Shown piece after piece: positions 15,301 through 30,300 of a DNA stretch of 64,000 bases (positions within the stretch are counted from its first letter, which is position 1; each line of letters starts with the position of its first letter). The translations under genes and the position numbers were made by a program. Under the pieces are notes generated by a model. It saw only the letters and a program-made list of their open reading frames with translations, had not been told where the DNA came from and did not search any database. The DNA lies in assembly GCA_903813345.2 (NCBI GenBank), contig CAIIXF020000001.1, positions 25,668,001 through 25,732,000 on the forward strand. Reading direction: 5' to 3'. The stretch is from Owenia fusiformis. Its lineage: Eukaryota.

Positions 15301-18300
15301 ATCAGCCCCACACCCTATTAATTTCCTAGTGAGAGTCAGCTCTGGTGACATAAGGCATTATAACGAAACATATGAGTTAAAAAAAAAATGAAGTGAAGTA
15401 TTCTTAGTGTTTTTATGAAAAATAGCAAGCTCCATCACAGCGGACAGATCTTTCGATACCAGCCAGTGAAAAATGAAAAGAATTTAAGCCCAAGACTCAA
15501 TGCATTGTGGCTGCTTCATTCCACTCAGGCGTTGTTGCCTAAACTTTGCATTCCCGCTTTTTGGCCCACCCTGTAGAGAGTAGAACTAAATAGGGAGCGA
15601 CATTACAACAGTCACAGTCACACAATTCATCCATGATGCCAATTAAGCAAACTATAATGTGATCTCATAAATCAGGCCTTATCTTTGATAAAAAAAACAG
15701 CTTGCACTTGACTTTAGGTTATCTTAACACATTCAATTATCAACGAGTTTAAAAGCAAAATTATTTGTCAACTTATAAAAGTAGTGACTTTTTTATTTTT
15801 TGGTATTATATAAATTCCTGGGTAGGTGGCCATCTTGCAAAATAATGCCCCAACCTACTCGATACTGCAACACCAGATTGCGCTATTAAAGAGTGCATGC
15901 ACCAGAACATTGTATCAGGGCACTCAAAAGTGAGCCCGAATATCTGCACTCGTCTGTACACTGTTCTATTTAATTGAAACACACCAAAGTCAAGGATCAT
16001 AGGAAAGGATATAGATTTAGGAAATAGATTTAGATGTGATCTATTGTTCAAGGCATGGCTATATGCTCATAACTTTACATTTATTGAACGGCTTGAAAAA
16101 CCCAACAGTACATCTGAAAGACTCTCACTGCTAAACATTCTTTCTTAATTGTCATCTGACACACAAAATAGAAAACAATTGTTTTCAGATATAACTGAGC
16201 TGGTTACAACATTTACAATCGATAACGAGCTAAAAACCAGGAAGACAAGGCATTAACATGATAAAATGTCACCACCTAGTTGCTCACAATATTATGAGTT
16301 CAATCTTAGTCAGATTTGAATTTCTGTGAACTTGAAGATGATTTGGAAAAAATAAATTGGTCAATTTGAAGCAAGTTGAAAAAAGATCCTTTTTTGACCC
16401 TGAGAATGTCATTGAAAGTCAACTCTTTTTTGACCTTGAGAATGTCATTGCAGTTCAAATCTATAGTCAGATTTGAACTGTTGAGAACTTGTAGATGATT
16501 TTGAAAAAAATTGGTCAATTTGAAGCAAGTTTAAAAAATACCTTTTTGACCTTTTTTGACCTTGAGAAGGTCATTGAAGGTGAAATCTCAAATTCAAAGT
16601 CAGATTTGAACTTCTGAGAACTTGCAGATGATTTGAAAACAAATTGGTCAATTTGAAGCAACATGAAAAAAGACCTTTGACCTTGAGAAGGTCATTGAAG
16701 GTCAAATCATTTTTGACCTTGAGAATAATCAGATTTGAACTGTTGAGAACTTGTAGATGATTTTGAAAAAAAATTGAATTGAAGTTGAAAAAATACCATT
16801 TTGACCTTTTTTGACCTTGAGAAGGTCATTGAAGGTCAACTCTTAAATGTAAATTTAGATTTGATTTTCTGATAACGTGTAGATGATTTTGAAAAAAAGG
16901 TCAATTTGAAGCAAGTTGAAAAAATACCTTTTTTACCTTGAAAAGGTCATTGAAGGTCAAATCTTAAATATAAAGTCAGATTTGAACTTCTGAAAACATG
17001 CAGATGATTTTGAAAAAAATTGAAGTCAGTCTAAACAGTATTTAAGTTATTGGAAGTTGTAAGAACTTGTTACAGACACCGATTGCCAACCACCAACTGC
17101 CGTCAAAAAAACAGAAACCATAACAATATGTCACCACTTTTTGGTGGTGACATAAAAGCCAAATTAAATTAATTGTGATATAGAGCCATCAACTGAAACA
17201 AACTAATATTTATTAATAGTAGCTATCCATACAAATAGCCAGTAAGTCCAGATCATTTATCTACAACTCTGGCCCCAATCCCCCACCCCCTCCCAATCCC
17301 CCACCCCCTCCCAATCCTAATTATCTAACAGACCTGTAGACCTCTCCTATAATCCTCTTTGTGATTGAACATATTTAACAACAATGAAAAAGTGTGCGAC
17401 TAACATTAAGAAAGAGGACGTAAAATAGAGACTCTTATTCAACATCTTGTTATTCAGATCATTTAGATTTGGGTATTAAACTAAGGTACTAATGCTATAA
17501 ATTGTAGGATCAAGTGAAATATACCACTTCAATTATAAGACTAATACCACCATAGGGATGGTATGAGTACTACATTTAGTTTTTCTTCAAAAAGCAGGAG
17601 TGATTATGTTCTTGTGAACTCTTACTCCTCATAATGTTAGCTTAAGTAACAATAAATCGATGTGTTTTATTAAACTATTGGATTCAATAAGGCAATCTCT
17701 TCCTTCATTAACCTGAAAGGTAATAAGATAGCTAATTTCTAACCTTTCAGATCATAAATGATATCATACATCCTGAAACTCAAACTATCTCTGCCTTGCA
17801 AAGAATGCAAGAAGGAAACTGATTGGAGGCTGTGATCTCTTATGATGACTTTTTATATTGATGGTCTATAAATATGACGTAATTAAAGAAATATCCCTGG
17901 TACTACATGCATGTACAAAAGGTGATATTAGTCACCAAAGATCATTTCTACAATTTTTTTTTTTTGTTTAAATTGGATGAAAATTGTTAAAATTGGACAA
18001 TTTTAGTGAAAAATGTCTTAACTGACGAGAAATCTTGTCACTCTGGTGGTCAAGAGATTAAATACTGCTAATCCTGATTTTGTATGTTCCTTTGGTGGAA
18101 TAATTACATAACATTCTCAATAATAAATCGATATATTGATATGTTCCCTTGCATATGCCTATAATAAATCTTAGAAAGCCATAACTACTGAGAGGAGTTA
18201 TCATATTTCTCAATAAGACTGACAGAAGCAAATGAAACTAGGAATTAGCTTAGCATATGAAACATATATACCCTATCATCAAGGGATTTACGATGGATCT

Positions 18301-21300
18301 AAGCCATCGAATCATAATATATTACAATCTGAGAGTGCTAATCTTGTACTTTACCTATCAATCCAGAGCTAGCAATAGTAAATGTCTTTCATAGGAAAAT
18401 GGACCAGACTCATACTGCATGATGTTTCACATTGATTGAAATGACAATTCATGCAAACTGCAGGATACAATCCATGAGTAACAGTTTGCACATTATTCTA
18501 TTGTTCCATATATAGTACATATTAAAGGCCAACATGATCTTGAATAAAAACAATACACATTTACATATCTAGTATATACATGATATGCAGATGATGCAGT
18601 AATGTTGGTTTTGAGGCAACATGTTGCCAAATTTCTTTTTTTCTTCTTTATTCAATTTTAATACATACAAAATACACATGTAGTGACTGCCAAAGTTGAA
18701 AAACATTGGTGGCAGTTGCAAAATCAACTACATCACCCCATTGTCTCCCTAAGGAGAAACTTCAGCTTAATGGCACACCTTACTTTGTCTCCCCTATATC
18801 CTTAAAAAGGTAAAACTCATGTCAAAATTCAGGTTCAAATTTAAACATGAAGACATGACTTCATTCCTTGTTTTTTCTGAAATTATCCTTGCTTCAACCA
18901 AATTGATATGAACTGTTAGCAATCTAATGTTGCTGTGAATCTTGGAGAAAATTTGGAAAATGAATAAGTCAGTGAATATTCAGTTATAAATTAATGTCAA
19001 AATAAAACTTAGTATTTTTTTGAAAGATGTCAACCTCATTTACCTACACGTATCATGGACACATTGACTGGAAATCATGTTGACTAGATATTGTACTTTT
19101 ACCTTGGGACCTACATGACAAAATTCTGCGATATGCTTCATTAGTTGAAGTTTACCAACTGTCCTATGGCTAGGGAGCAATTAGTGTACAATCAATGTCA
19201 ATTCGACCTTCACAAGAGATCAACTGCATCTTAACTAAAACGCCAAGGGTTTAATGTTATCCAGGTGATCAGGAAAATATGCTACCATAGATTTAGGTAC
19301 GTATCAGATTTGCACATGTAGATAATTAATAAATCAATGAGTTGATGTATAATATTTAGAATGAGTTTAAGATGTACAAGGTAAATGTTGCATTGTTTGT
19401 CTTTAAATCAAAACATCAGTATAGAACTGGTTAACAATGTCAAGTTGTACAATGTATACCTACTCCAACAGTCCAATAGTCCAATAAATTATAGTGAATT
19501 TACTCAATAACTGATTTTTTATGTTGTTCATCTTAACGTATGTAGCCTTTTCAAATTAAATGAATAGACCAGCAATCTGATTTGTCAAATCTAATCAAAT
19601 GATTAGCAGTATATCTATCATTTAAGTCATTAAGGCCTCAAGACTCAAAAGTGTACCACATATGGACATGTTCTACTTACATAGACTTTTTGGAGTTGCA
19701 CATTAAAACAGTCAACCTAAATTTGCCTAGGATAGCCAAAGCTTACAGGACCAAGATTCTCATACCACAAAGTATTCCCGAAAGTTGGAAACCAATCCCT
19801 AAATAGGTTGCAATATTTCAAAATGTCTTGCAGAGGCAAGCTATACTAAGAACCTACCTCTAGAACATGCACCTGTCATCTGATCAACAGCATACCCCTC
19901 CTTGCATACACAGACATATCCAATCACAGATGTTGTCAGCTGAAGTTTGCAGACCTCATTGATGTCACATCCTATCACATCTGCATCTGGATCACAGTCC
20001 TCTTTGACAGCATAGTTTGGCGTGTGCACTACGGGGTTAGTCTCATCTGTGAAGAAAATACATGTATATACAGTATTAGGATAGCGCATCTACTGTAATA
20101 TACAAGGTATAGTATGTGAACACATTTCACACATAGCTAGGCAAGGTGTGTTCAATTCCAGCCAATCAGAACAGAGTATTCACGTAATGAACAGTGTGTG
20201 AAATATCAATAACACATGCAAGGTCACTAGTTAAACAGTTGTCATGGTGATGAATGGACTTTTCACATTGGATTTGATGACTTGCCAACTTGACCCTTGC
20301 AAAAAAATTCATTCAAGATGTGGTATTTTAGTGATTTCGTTCATTTTGGATGACTTTGTAGAAAAAATTGCAATGTGTGAAAAGAATTTAAGCCCAAGAC
20401 TCAATGCATTGTAGCTGCTTCATTCCACTCAGGCGTTGTTTCCTGCTGGGCAGTCATGCAAAGATTCAGAAACAACACCTTCATGGTATGATTTAGCAAA
20501 CAATACACTGAGTCAGGCCTTAAATCCTTAAATAACAGTGAAGTAACCATTACAATAACTGGAACTTCCATAATATTCAAAACCTTAATGATCACAAGAT
20601 GAAAGAAAACTGGTATAATGCTCTCAAACAATTTGTCATCAATATTTTAAAATAAAAAGGTTGTGACTAAAATGAGTCTTCCAAAATTGATGTTGAGGAA
20701 ATTAAAAGTTAGAATGTATTGATAGATTCTTTCCTCTTGGTTCTTTGCTTCCCAGTCTATTCCATATTTGTATTGTCAAGGTTATTGGGAATATAAAACG
20801 ACTAATATGAGATCAATCATTCTCTAAATGGGCATGGAATACAGCTATTACTTGATAAGGCTTTTGTGATTTAGTGTAGTTTCATGATTTATGACTAATT
20901 CATTAATTTGCTTCTCTGAAGACTTGTGGGTGGAAATTGATTGTAAATACAACAATAGTCAATTTCCTCATTTCCAAATGTATGTGTTACTATACTATCA
21001 TCATGTAATAATTGTTGCATTCTAACATATTATGTCAACCACTAGCTGCACCTTGCGTATGTCTTCATGAAACATCAAAGAAGAGAATTTCAACTAGAAA
21101 GACAGAAACTCCCTGGAGAAGGATATCCCTCCAGATCTATGCCTATAAACATCAGCACACGAAATATGAATTAAATCTGACAACTGTTATTTGAGTTATC
21201 AGAAATTGAATTTATAAGAAAATTGGTGGCCAATTTCAATTTGAATTCAGTGGCCATCTTGAAAATTCCTCCTTGAGCACTTTGTATGTCTCTAAGGCAT

Positions 21301-24300
21301 CAGCATATTTTTGATCCAAATTTGTGGAGTGGTATGTGATTTATCAAAGCTTACATTTTTTATGAAACAAGAAAATGCAGTAAAACTCCTCGTAGTCGAG
21401 CTCTTGATGTAAAAAAAAGCCTAGCCCGGTTAGTTTAAACATGCCTATGACGTCACAAATGATGCAGGGAAACTTTTAACAAATCAGTGAGGTCTAGATT
21501 ATTTGTTTAGTTGTTGATGGGGCAATGCATGTCTGACGTCACAGATGATGCATTCATATTCTAAGAATTCATTACCAAGATTGTTATTATGATGTCATGA
21601 TTTGAAACGTGTATCACGCCATTTTACGACATTGCATAATTTTAGCTAATTCTGGCTTCATTTGACATTTTATGAGGGACTTTAAAAAATACAATAATGA
21701 GTCAGTGGTTTTTTTAAAAAATAATTATGTTTAAATTTGAGGTTAAACACTGAAAGTTTGATCTACTGATTTAAATCAAGGTGGAAGGAGGTGAAGAAGT
21801 AAATTATTTTAGGAGCAAACGTGATCAATGGTTCGAGCTCTCCAGCAAAGTAGTTGCTACACTCCTACTGTGCGGCTTCCTTTAGCAGAGGAGAGCTCAA
21901 AAAATGCAGTGGCCATCTTGAAAAGTTATTATTAGTAGAGTCGTACAGTCCTATGTCCTTGAGGCTTAAGTATACAAATCCAAATCTGTTGACTGGTATT
22001 ACAGTAAAGAAAATGGACTAACGAATGAATATATGAACAAAGTGCTTCTCTATATCCCTCTCGAACTTCATTCGGTGATATAATAGCTCTTAAAACAAAC
22101 TGCAGTTGAATATTACAAATCAGGCCTGCCATTCAATAAAAGGGACCTCTATTTATGAGTTATGACAGCCTGCCAGCTTACAAAGGCAGGTGAAACTGGT
22201 ATGAAAAACAATAAGTTAGATTAATATTTTGTGTACAGTGTATATGCATCAGGGAGTATCAGGCATGATGCCACATAACTGTGAGTGATTATATAATGAC
22301 AGTATAGTAGTTCAGAATTATCTAATACTGATCTATCACACAAAGGTATTGCATGCTGATCCATAAAGGTATTTCTTCATGAAAGACTGAGATTACTTAG
22401 GACAACATGCTTGATGACATCATCAGGACCACTTGAAAAGCTAAAAATGGGGCTAACAAAACAAGTAGCCCTACTTGCCCTGCTAAACATAATATTAAGT
22501 ACCTATACCTCTCTCGGTTTGGTACCACTTGAAAAGCTGAAAATGTGGCTTACAAAACAAGTAGCCCTACTTGCCCTGCTTAACATAATATTAAGTACCT
22601 AATACCTAATACCTAATACCTCTCTCGGTTTGGGACCACTTGAAAAGCTGAAAATGTGGCATACAAAACAAGTAGCCCTACTTGCCCTGCTAAACATAAT
22701 ATTAAGTACCTTATACCTAATACCTCTCTCGGTTTGGGACCACTTGAAAAGCTGAAAATGGGGCTTACAAAACAAGTAGCCCTACTTGCCCTACAAAACA
22801 TAATATTAAGTACCTAATACCTAAAACCTCACTAGGTTTGGGACCACTTGAAAAGCTGAAAATGTGGCTTATAAAACAAGTATCCCCACTTCCCTGCAAA
22901 ACATAATATTAAGTACCTAATATTTTGGTCCATTTAGAAAATGCATGACTTTTTGGAACATGGAGATTCTTTTTTTAAACTGGAGTCAATTTTATTGAAA
23001 GATCAAAAAATCAAACTGCCACCATCTGGATGATGAGTCAATTTATCCAAAACAAGGAAGTAGTAGAAGCTGGGACAAGTGGTGCAATTTGCCAACATAA
23101 CCACAAAAATTGGTTTAGAAGAATGAGATATTCATAGAATTGTTAATGGATAAGAGGATAGATGGATGAAGAATGGGTAATTCCATTGACTTACCATGCA
23201 TGGACATTTTGAAAAATGTGAAGACAAGTCTCGGTGTGGAGAACAGTCTGGGCTAATAATTCTTTTATGAAAAATATCGAAATAACATCCAAATTAAATT
23301 ATTATGCAGGCCTAACGTGCAGTAGACCTATTCAATAAAAGACAAGTCTCAGATTGAAGAACGAACTTCATCAGTCTACTGCGCTAATAATTATATAAAT
23401 AAATAACACCCAAATTAAATTATGGATATTCAAAAGAGGACATTTAAATCTACAATATGTAAAAATATTAAAATTGTCCAAAGCAGGCGTAATGTGCAGA
23501 AGACTGATTAACTTCATTCCCCAAACCGTGACTAGTCCTTTAGGCTTAAAACTTCAATAAAAATTATCCAGAATCTTAATGAGGATATAACCTAAATACA
23601 CAGAAATTCCATCACCTCAGCAAGTCATTTTTTTTTTCTTTAATGGAGCCTCTTAGAAAACGTTCTACGGTCTGAATTATACAACAAGGCACAGGACGTG
23701 AACGAGATCACACCATCAAATAGGCAGACACTATGACACTAGGCAGACACTGTTCTCCTATTATGTTTACAAATTTCAAGAACAAGAAATAAGATGGCCG
23801 CCCAAAAGTTAATCAGCTCTAGTACTTGATATCCTCTATCATTTGTGTAAATTTGAAGGAAATCCGATGAGCGGTTTTCCTGAAATGGCGATGACAAGAT
23901 TTTTTGAAAAACCTTCAAAATGACCACCAGAAAACAAGATGGCCACCCAAAAGTTAATCAGCTCTAGTACTTGATATCCTCTATCATGTGTGTAAATTTG
24001 AAGGAAATCCGATGAGCGGATTTTCTGAAATAGCGATGACAAGATTTTTCGAAAAATCTTCAAAATGGCTGCCAGGAAACAAGATGGCCGCCCAAAAGTT
24101 AATCAGCTCTAGTACTTGATATCCTCTATCATTTGTGTAAATTTGAAGGAAATCCGATGAGCGGTTTTCCTGAAATGGCGATGACAAGATTTTTCGAAAA
24201 ACCTTCAAAATGGCCGCCAGAAAACAAGATGGCCGCCCAAAAGTTAATCAGCTCTAGTACTTCATATGCTCTATCATCTCTGCGAATTTGGAGAAAATCT

Positions 24301-27300
24301 GATGAGCAGTTTTCCTTAAACGGCGATGACAAAAAGCGGGACGATCACGATCACGACCACGACCACGATCACGACCACGATCACGATCACGACCAGTATG
24401 ACGACTATATCCCACCGATGGTGTGATAAAAATGTGCAAAAATAGCATTGTAAATATCAATAGAATGGATTAGTATTAAGATAAATACAAGCCTACTATC
24501 AACATTGACTTCTGAGGACTCTTGAGATTTCCTATAGAGAGACCATCACTTGTGTAAATTCACTACCCAATTAAATGCATGTCAGGCTACCATTGATTGA
24601 TTCTCTTTGCCAAGTGAACTTGAAGCATTGGACTCGATTTGCATTACAACATACCTTACCCTGTTCTTATAAGCTTGGGAAAAAGTACTTTGGGTTCTGG
24701 GCTCACATGGTGAAAGCGCTTTCAAAAGACTGATTGAAAACATAATTTTTTAGCAATAAAAGTGGTCATTTTTCAATTTCATATATTATCAAAACTGCTT
24801 AATATTATTGTCAACTTATAGACAATAGCTGGCTATACTATTTCAAGCAAATCAATGCAATACATTTTGATTCATAACTTAAAAAATGTTATTTTGATAA
24901 TGTATCATCCAGTATACCATACTCTTCTAATTATAACATATTTTAACAAGACACACAGTGATAAATATCGCACTTTGAAGAGCAAACTGGTCTACCATGC
25001 AATTAACCCAGCATGGCCAAAACCTAATCAGACCTTGGCACTAGTCTGCTCTTGCATCTGTAAACATTTCAAGTTGACAAGGTTAGCGGTTTTCCTGCAA
25101 TTTTGATGACAAGAATTTATTTGTAGTCTTGAACTTTGGGAAAATTTAGATAACATTGTTTGTGACCTAATTTGATGACCTTCGACCTTGAAAATTTCAC
25201 TTTTTCAGACCTCAGTAGGTGTTTTGTAATTAAGCTGACCTAAATTTAAATCCAAAATATCAATTTAGAAAATCAACTTTTTTGACCTTTTGAAGGTCAC
25301 TGAAGGTGAACGAAAGGTCAAATCTGAAATCTAAGGTCAGATTTGAACTTCTGAGAACTTGTAGATGTTTTTTAAAAAAAAATTTGGTCAATTTGGAGCA
25401 AGTTGAAAAATTCAAAATGGCCGCCAAATTGAAAAATTCAAAATGGCCATCATGTCATTCAGCCAGCATACCCAAAACCTAATCAGATCTAGGCAATAGT
25501 CTGTTCTTGCATCTGTAAAAATTTCAAGTTGAACGGATAAGTGGTTTTCCTGGAATTTTGATGACAAAATTTGTTGAAAAATTCAAAATGGCTGCCACGT
25601 AGTTTACCCAGCATGCCCTTAACCTAATCAGATCTTGGCACTAGTCTGCTATTGCATGTGTAAAAATTTCAAGTTGAACAGGTTAGCGGTTTTCTTGGAA
25701 TTTTGATGACAAGAATTGATTTGTAGTCTCAAACTTTGAGAAACTTGGATAACATAATTTGTGACCTAGTTTAATGACCCTGACCTTCGACCTTGAAAAT
25801 TTCACTTTTTCAGACATCAGTAGGTCTTTTGTAATTAAGCTGACCTAAAGGACGATTCTCGGTTTGGAGAACGAAGTTGATCAATCTAAATGAGCATTAT
25901 CCCTGCTTCGGACAAATTTGATTTTTTTACATAATATAGATTTAAATGTCTTCTATTGAATGGTCAAAATTTAATTTGGGTAATATTTCTAGTTTTTTTC
26001 GCAAAGAAATATTGGCGCAGTACACTGATGAACTTCTTTCCCTATATCGATACTTGTATTTTATTGAATCGGTCAAATTGAGCGTTATCCCTGCTTCAGA
26101 CCAATTTGTTATTTTTACATCTTGTAGATTTAAATGTCCTCTTTCGAATATTCATAGTTTAATTTGGGTAATATTTCTATATTTTTCATGAAAAAAATTA
26201 TTAGCCCAGGAGACTGTTCTCCAAACCGAGAATCGTCCTTTAAATCCAAAATATCAATTCAGAAAATCAACTTTTTTGACCTTTTCAAGGTCACTGAAGG
26301 TGAATGAAAGGTCAAATCTGTGACCTAGTTTAATGACCTTGACCTTCCACCTTGAAAATTTCACTTTTTCAGACCTCAGTAGGTGTTTTGTAATTAAGCT
26401 GACCTAAATTTAAATCCAAAATATCAATTTAGAAAATCAACTTTTTTGACCTTTTGAAGGTCACTGAAGGTGAACGAAAGGTCAAATCTGAAATCTAAGG
26501 TCAGATTTGAACTTCTGAGAACTTGTAGATGTTTTTAAAAAAAAAATTGGGTCAATTTGGAGCAAGTTGAAAAATTCAAAATGGCCGCCAAATTGAAAAA
26601 TTCAAAATGGCCACCATGTCATTCAGCCAGCATACCCAAAACCTAATCAGATCTTGGCTATAGTCTGCTCTTGCATCTGTAAAAATTTCAAGTTGAACGG
26701 ATAAGTGGTTTTCCTGGAATTTTGATGACAAGATTTGTTGAAAAATTCAAAATGGCCGCCACGTAGTTTACCCAGCATGCCCTTAACCTAATCAGATCTT
26801 GGTACTAGTCTGCTCTTGCATCTGTAAAAATTTCAAGTTGAACAGGTAAGCAGTTATCCTGGAAATTTGATGACAAGATTTGGTTTATGTGCCGCCCGCA
26901 CGCCCGCACGACCGCACGACCGCACGCCCGCCCAACAGCACAAGACGACGACAATATAGCACTTTTTCAAAGTGCGATAAAAATACCCATTGGAGTATAA
27001 ATGTGGTGATACAGTTACATAACCTCATAATATGCTATAAGAAATCCTGGAAAAACAATATATTGGTATATTTTTCAAAGGGCAGATTAGATTGTCGACG
27101 ATAACTGTAAGGAGAGGTGATTATAAGTGATAATTAATCCCCAGTGTTCTATGTTGGTACCCTTTGAAAGACATCACCTACACTCTTTCAATTAGAGACG
27201 ATTCTTTGATTTAGTCAATCTAATCAGAATATCCTTTAAAAAATCACTATAATCAATATTCTACCTATAAATTACCTCATATTTATCTCACTTGCAAATT

Positions 27301-30300
27301 CTAATAAAATACTGGAAAAACAACATTTGACATTATCACGCCCTAATCAACATAAAAACAATGAAAGAATAAAAAAATACTGAGAGGGTATGTCTAGTGT
27401 GGCTTTTTAGATCAGGGTAAATGTATTAGTTAAACAGCACATGATACTATAGAGAATAAAAGCAGCTTCTGTTACACTTCATTACTCCCATGTAACAAAC
27501 CAATCCAGGCAGATCCATCAATGAGTCAAATACAAAGCTGAAGCTGAGATCAATCTTGCACTATTACAACAACTCTTACAGGATATGAAACTCTTGATGC
27601 TGATGCGATTTAGATAATCCTAAAAAACTGTCAGGTCTTTCCTTATGAAATGAAAGTATAGTATCAAGTGAGAGCAATTTGAATTGGCCATATTGACCAT
27701 AAAAATAGCATGGTGTTTAACCTCTTGACTACCAGGAGTGACGAGATTTCACCTCACCTAACTTCAGAAATGACCTTGAAACTCAGAGTGACACTAAAAT
27801 GGCTCTTATTTGAACAATTTTCATCCAATTTACACAAGAATTTGAGAATCTAAAGTTATCTAGGTATAATGCTAAATGTCAAAAGGGGGCAAAAAATGAA
27901 AAATTTCAACCGATTTAAGAGCCTGGGATTCAAGAGGTTAAAGTGTTATAACATTGTGACTATCAGTCTGATGGTCATGAAACATGTAAGGCTGGAAGGA
28001 AATTGAATGATGTACAATTGACAAATGTGCCAAATGTCAGGAAGTGAATTCCCTAAATTGACAAAATATGAGCCAAATGCAGGGTTGCAGTTTTTACCAC
28101 CCTGTACCTTGAAGGATATGATACTTAGGCACCCACATTTTCCCTTGGATTCAATGCATGATTTCAACATAATTCCCACATGCAAGATGTGACTATCATT
28201 AGTATGACTAATAGAAGCTAGATAGGTTCTACTCCAGGATTCAACAGAAATATTTACCATCTTTAAATAAAACTAAATGCTTGTGAAACTAAATAATTTA
28301 CAGTAACAAAACCAGAAACATTTCTTATATGTAATAAATAGGTAGTTACAATTATATGACATAATCCTCTTCATAGGCAATTAGAGACAGGAAATAATTC
28401 CAACATCACTGAGCTTTAGAAATGAATATATCATTGGATAAAATTCTGTTAGAGTATCTGCCAACACAAATGCTGCACTAGATTTCTAGATTTTGCCTGC
28501 ACTCCTATGCTTGTACTGTGAAACCTGTACATTCGAACCCCTCTCTCATCCGAACACCTCACAATGTGAACACCTTTTCTCTGTTCAGATCTTTTCTCTG
28601 TTCAGATCTTCCCTTGACTCCCACATTTTAAAAATGTGAAATGTAAAAACCTGCTAATTGGACTTTTGGCCAGTACCAGTGGCATTCAGATTAGATTCAG
28701 ACTGATAGATGGATGGCTTCAATATATATATTTATATAATATCAATATTGATGGCATGTGTAGCTGATATTTAACAATAGAATTAGAGGAGGAAGAATCA
28801 TATCTTCCTGTCTTCCAACAACAGATGCACTGATTCAATAATATAACTTTTCTGATTTGAGACAGCAACTTCTTGACATTTATGACCAAAAAGAAGGCTG
28901 TGATTGACTGGTTACATTTGCAAGAACTTCAACCAAGTCAGATCTGAAAATGTAGTTTATTATGGCATTATGTCAAGACTTGAGAGAAGGAAAGAGATGT
29001 CATGATGTATCATGATAATTAAATATCACCCTAGTTGTATGGTCAGTAAAGTTATTATGTGAAAAGGTGCCAGTCTGGCAAATACTAATTGACAGTTAGA
29101 AAGCCTGAGACACTTAAACCGAAGGGACAAGAGCTCAATTATACAAAATGTCAGTGTTACTGTTGTTATAATGAATTGAAGGTCACATTAGTTCATATCA
29201 TCTTCCTATGAAGCTTTTTTTCATCCAATTGGGATAGTGTTGTCAAACTGTTGTGATGAAGAAAATCATCTCGTCATCAAAAAGGTTTCAGCAGTTATCA
29301 TTAAGGAATTATTCCATGTAAAGGAATGCTGTATCTATCAACTGCTATTTGTGTGAAATGTTTCAAAATATATGCATTATCACAACTGACCAATCTCTTT
29401 TAAACAAGTAAAACTAGATGTATCTATTTCACAGTGAGTAGAAACATTTAGGGTACTAACCTATGGTCCTAAGTTCCACCATAAAACTGCCTGAGAATCT
29501 ATCCTCAGTTCGTTCCATCGGGCTACATGCCTCTGGGTTTGTGGTGTTACAGGCAATGAGGAAACATGTTTCATCATGGAGAAAAACAGTATTACAAGTT
29601 CGACTTCCACAGCAGCTTTTTACACATTGTGTTAAGTCATGGGCATCTGGAACTTTGCTGTATTTTCCTGCGTACATGCCTCCTTTAGGGGTGACTTTCA
29701 TATGCAGGGCAGCTGTCAATTCTTTCTCATCATAATCTGTACATAGATCTCCATGGACACCTGTAAACAATGACAGACATTCAGTGATATGACTGATGAT
29801 GAGAGACAAGTTAATTTAATATTTCATTTACAAGGTAATTCCAAAAAAGTAATTAAGAATCATTTCCTGAATATATTAAAACCTCTGATTGGAACACCTA
29901 ACAGGCCCATAGCCAGGGGGAGCTGGGGGAGTTTTCCACCATTCTGAGCATATTTCTTGTGTTATTTCAGCCGATGCTGTCAAAAAGCCCCCCCCCCTTA
30001 ACAAAAGCTCTTCCATTGGTAATAAAAGCTGGCTACAGGCAAGTCAAAAGTGTTTCACTGAGGAGGTGTTCTACTAGATGTTTAAGCCAAAAAGTGAAGT
30101 GTTGCACTTATAAAGGTCCTCTACTTTAATGGAGGAAATCGACTTGACAGGGTATATCCCAAGGAAGTATGTTTTATAGAACATCAATGTTATACATGTA
30201 TGTGCTAGGGTGGTTTGTACAGCTTTGTAAATAAATATATTAGTTTTGCCTTCATTGTGTTTGTGTGTTCTGATATCTTTTTCATCGCATCTAGTATTAT

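Noticed and set aside
24133-24460. ORFs with DHDHDH / RDRDRG tracts suggesting a metal-binding or RS-like protein
   Set aside because: They are translations of the (GAYCAC)n microsatellite inside a HINE-like element.
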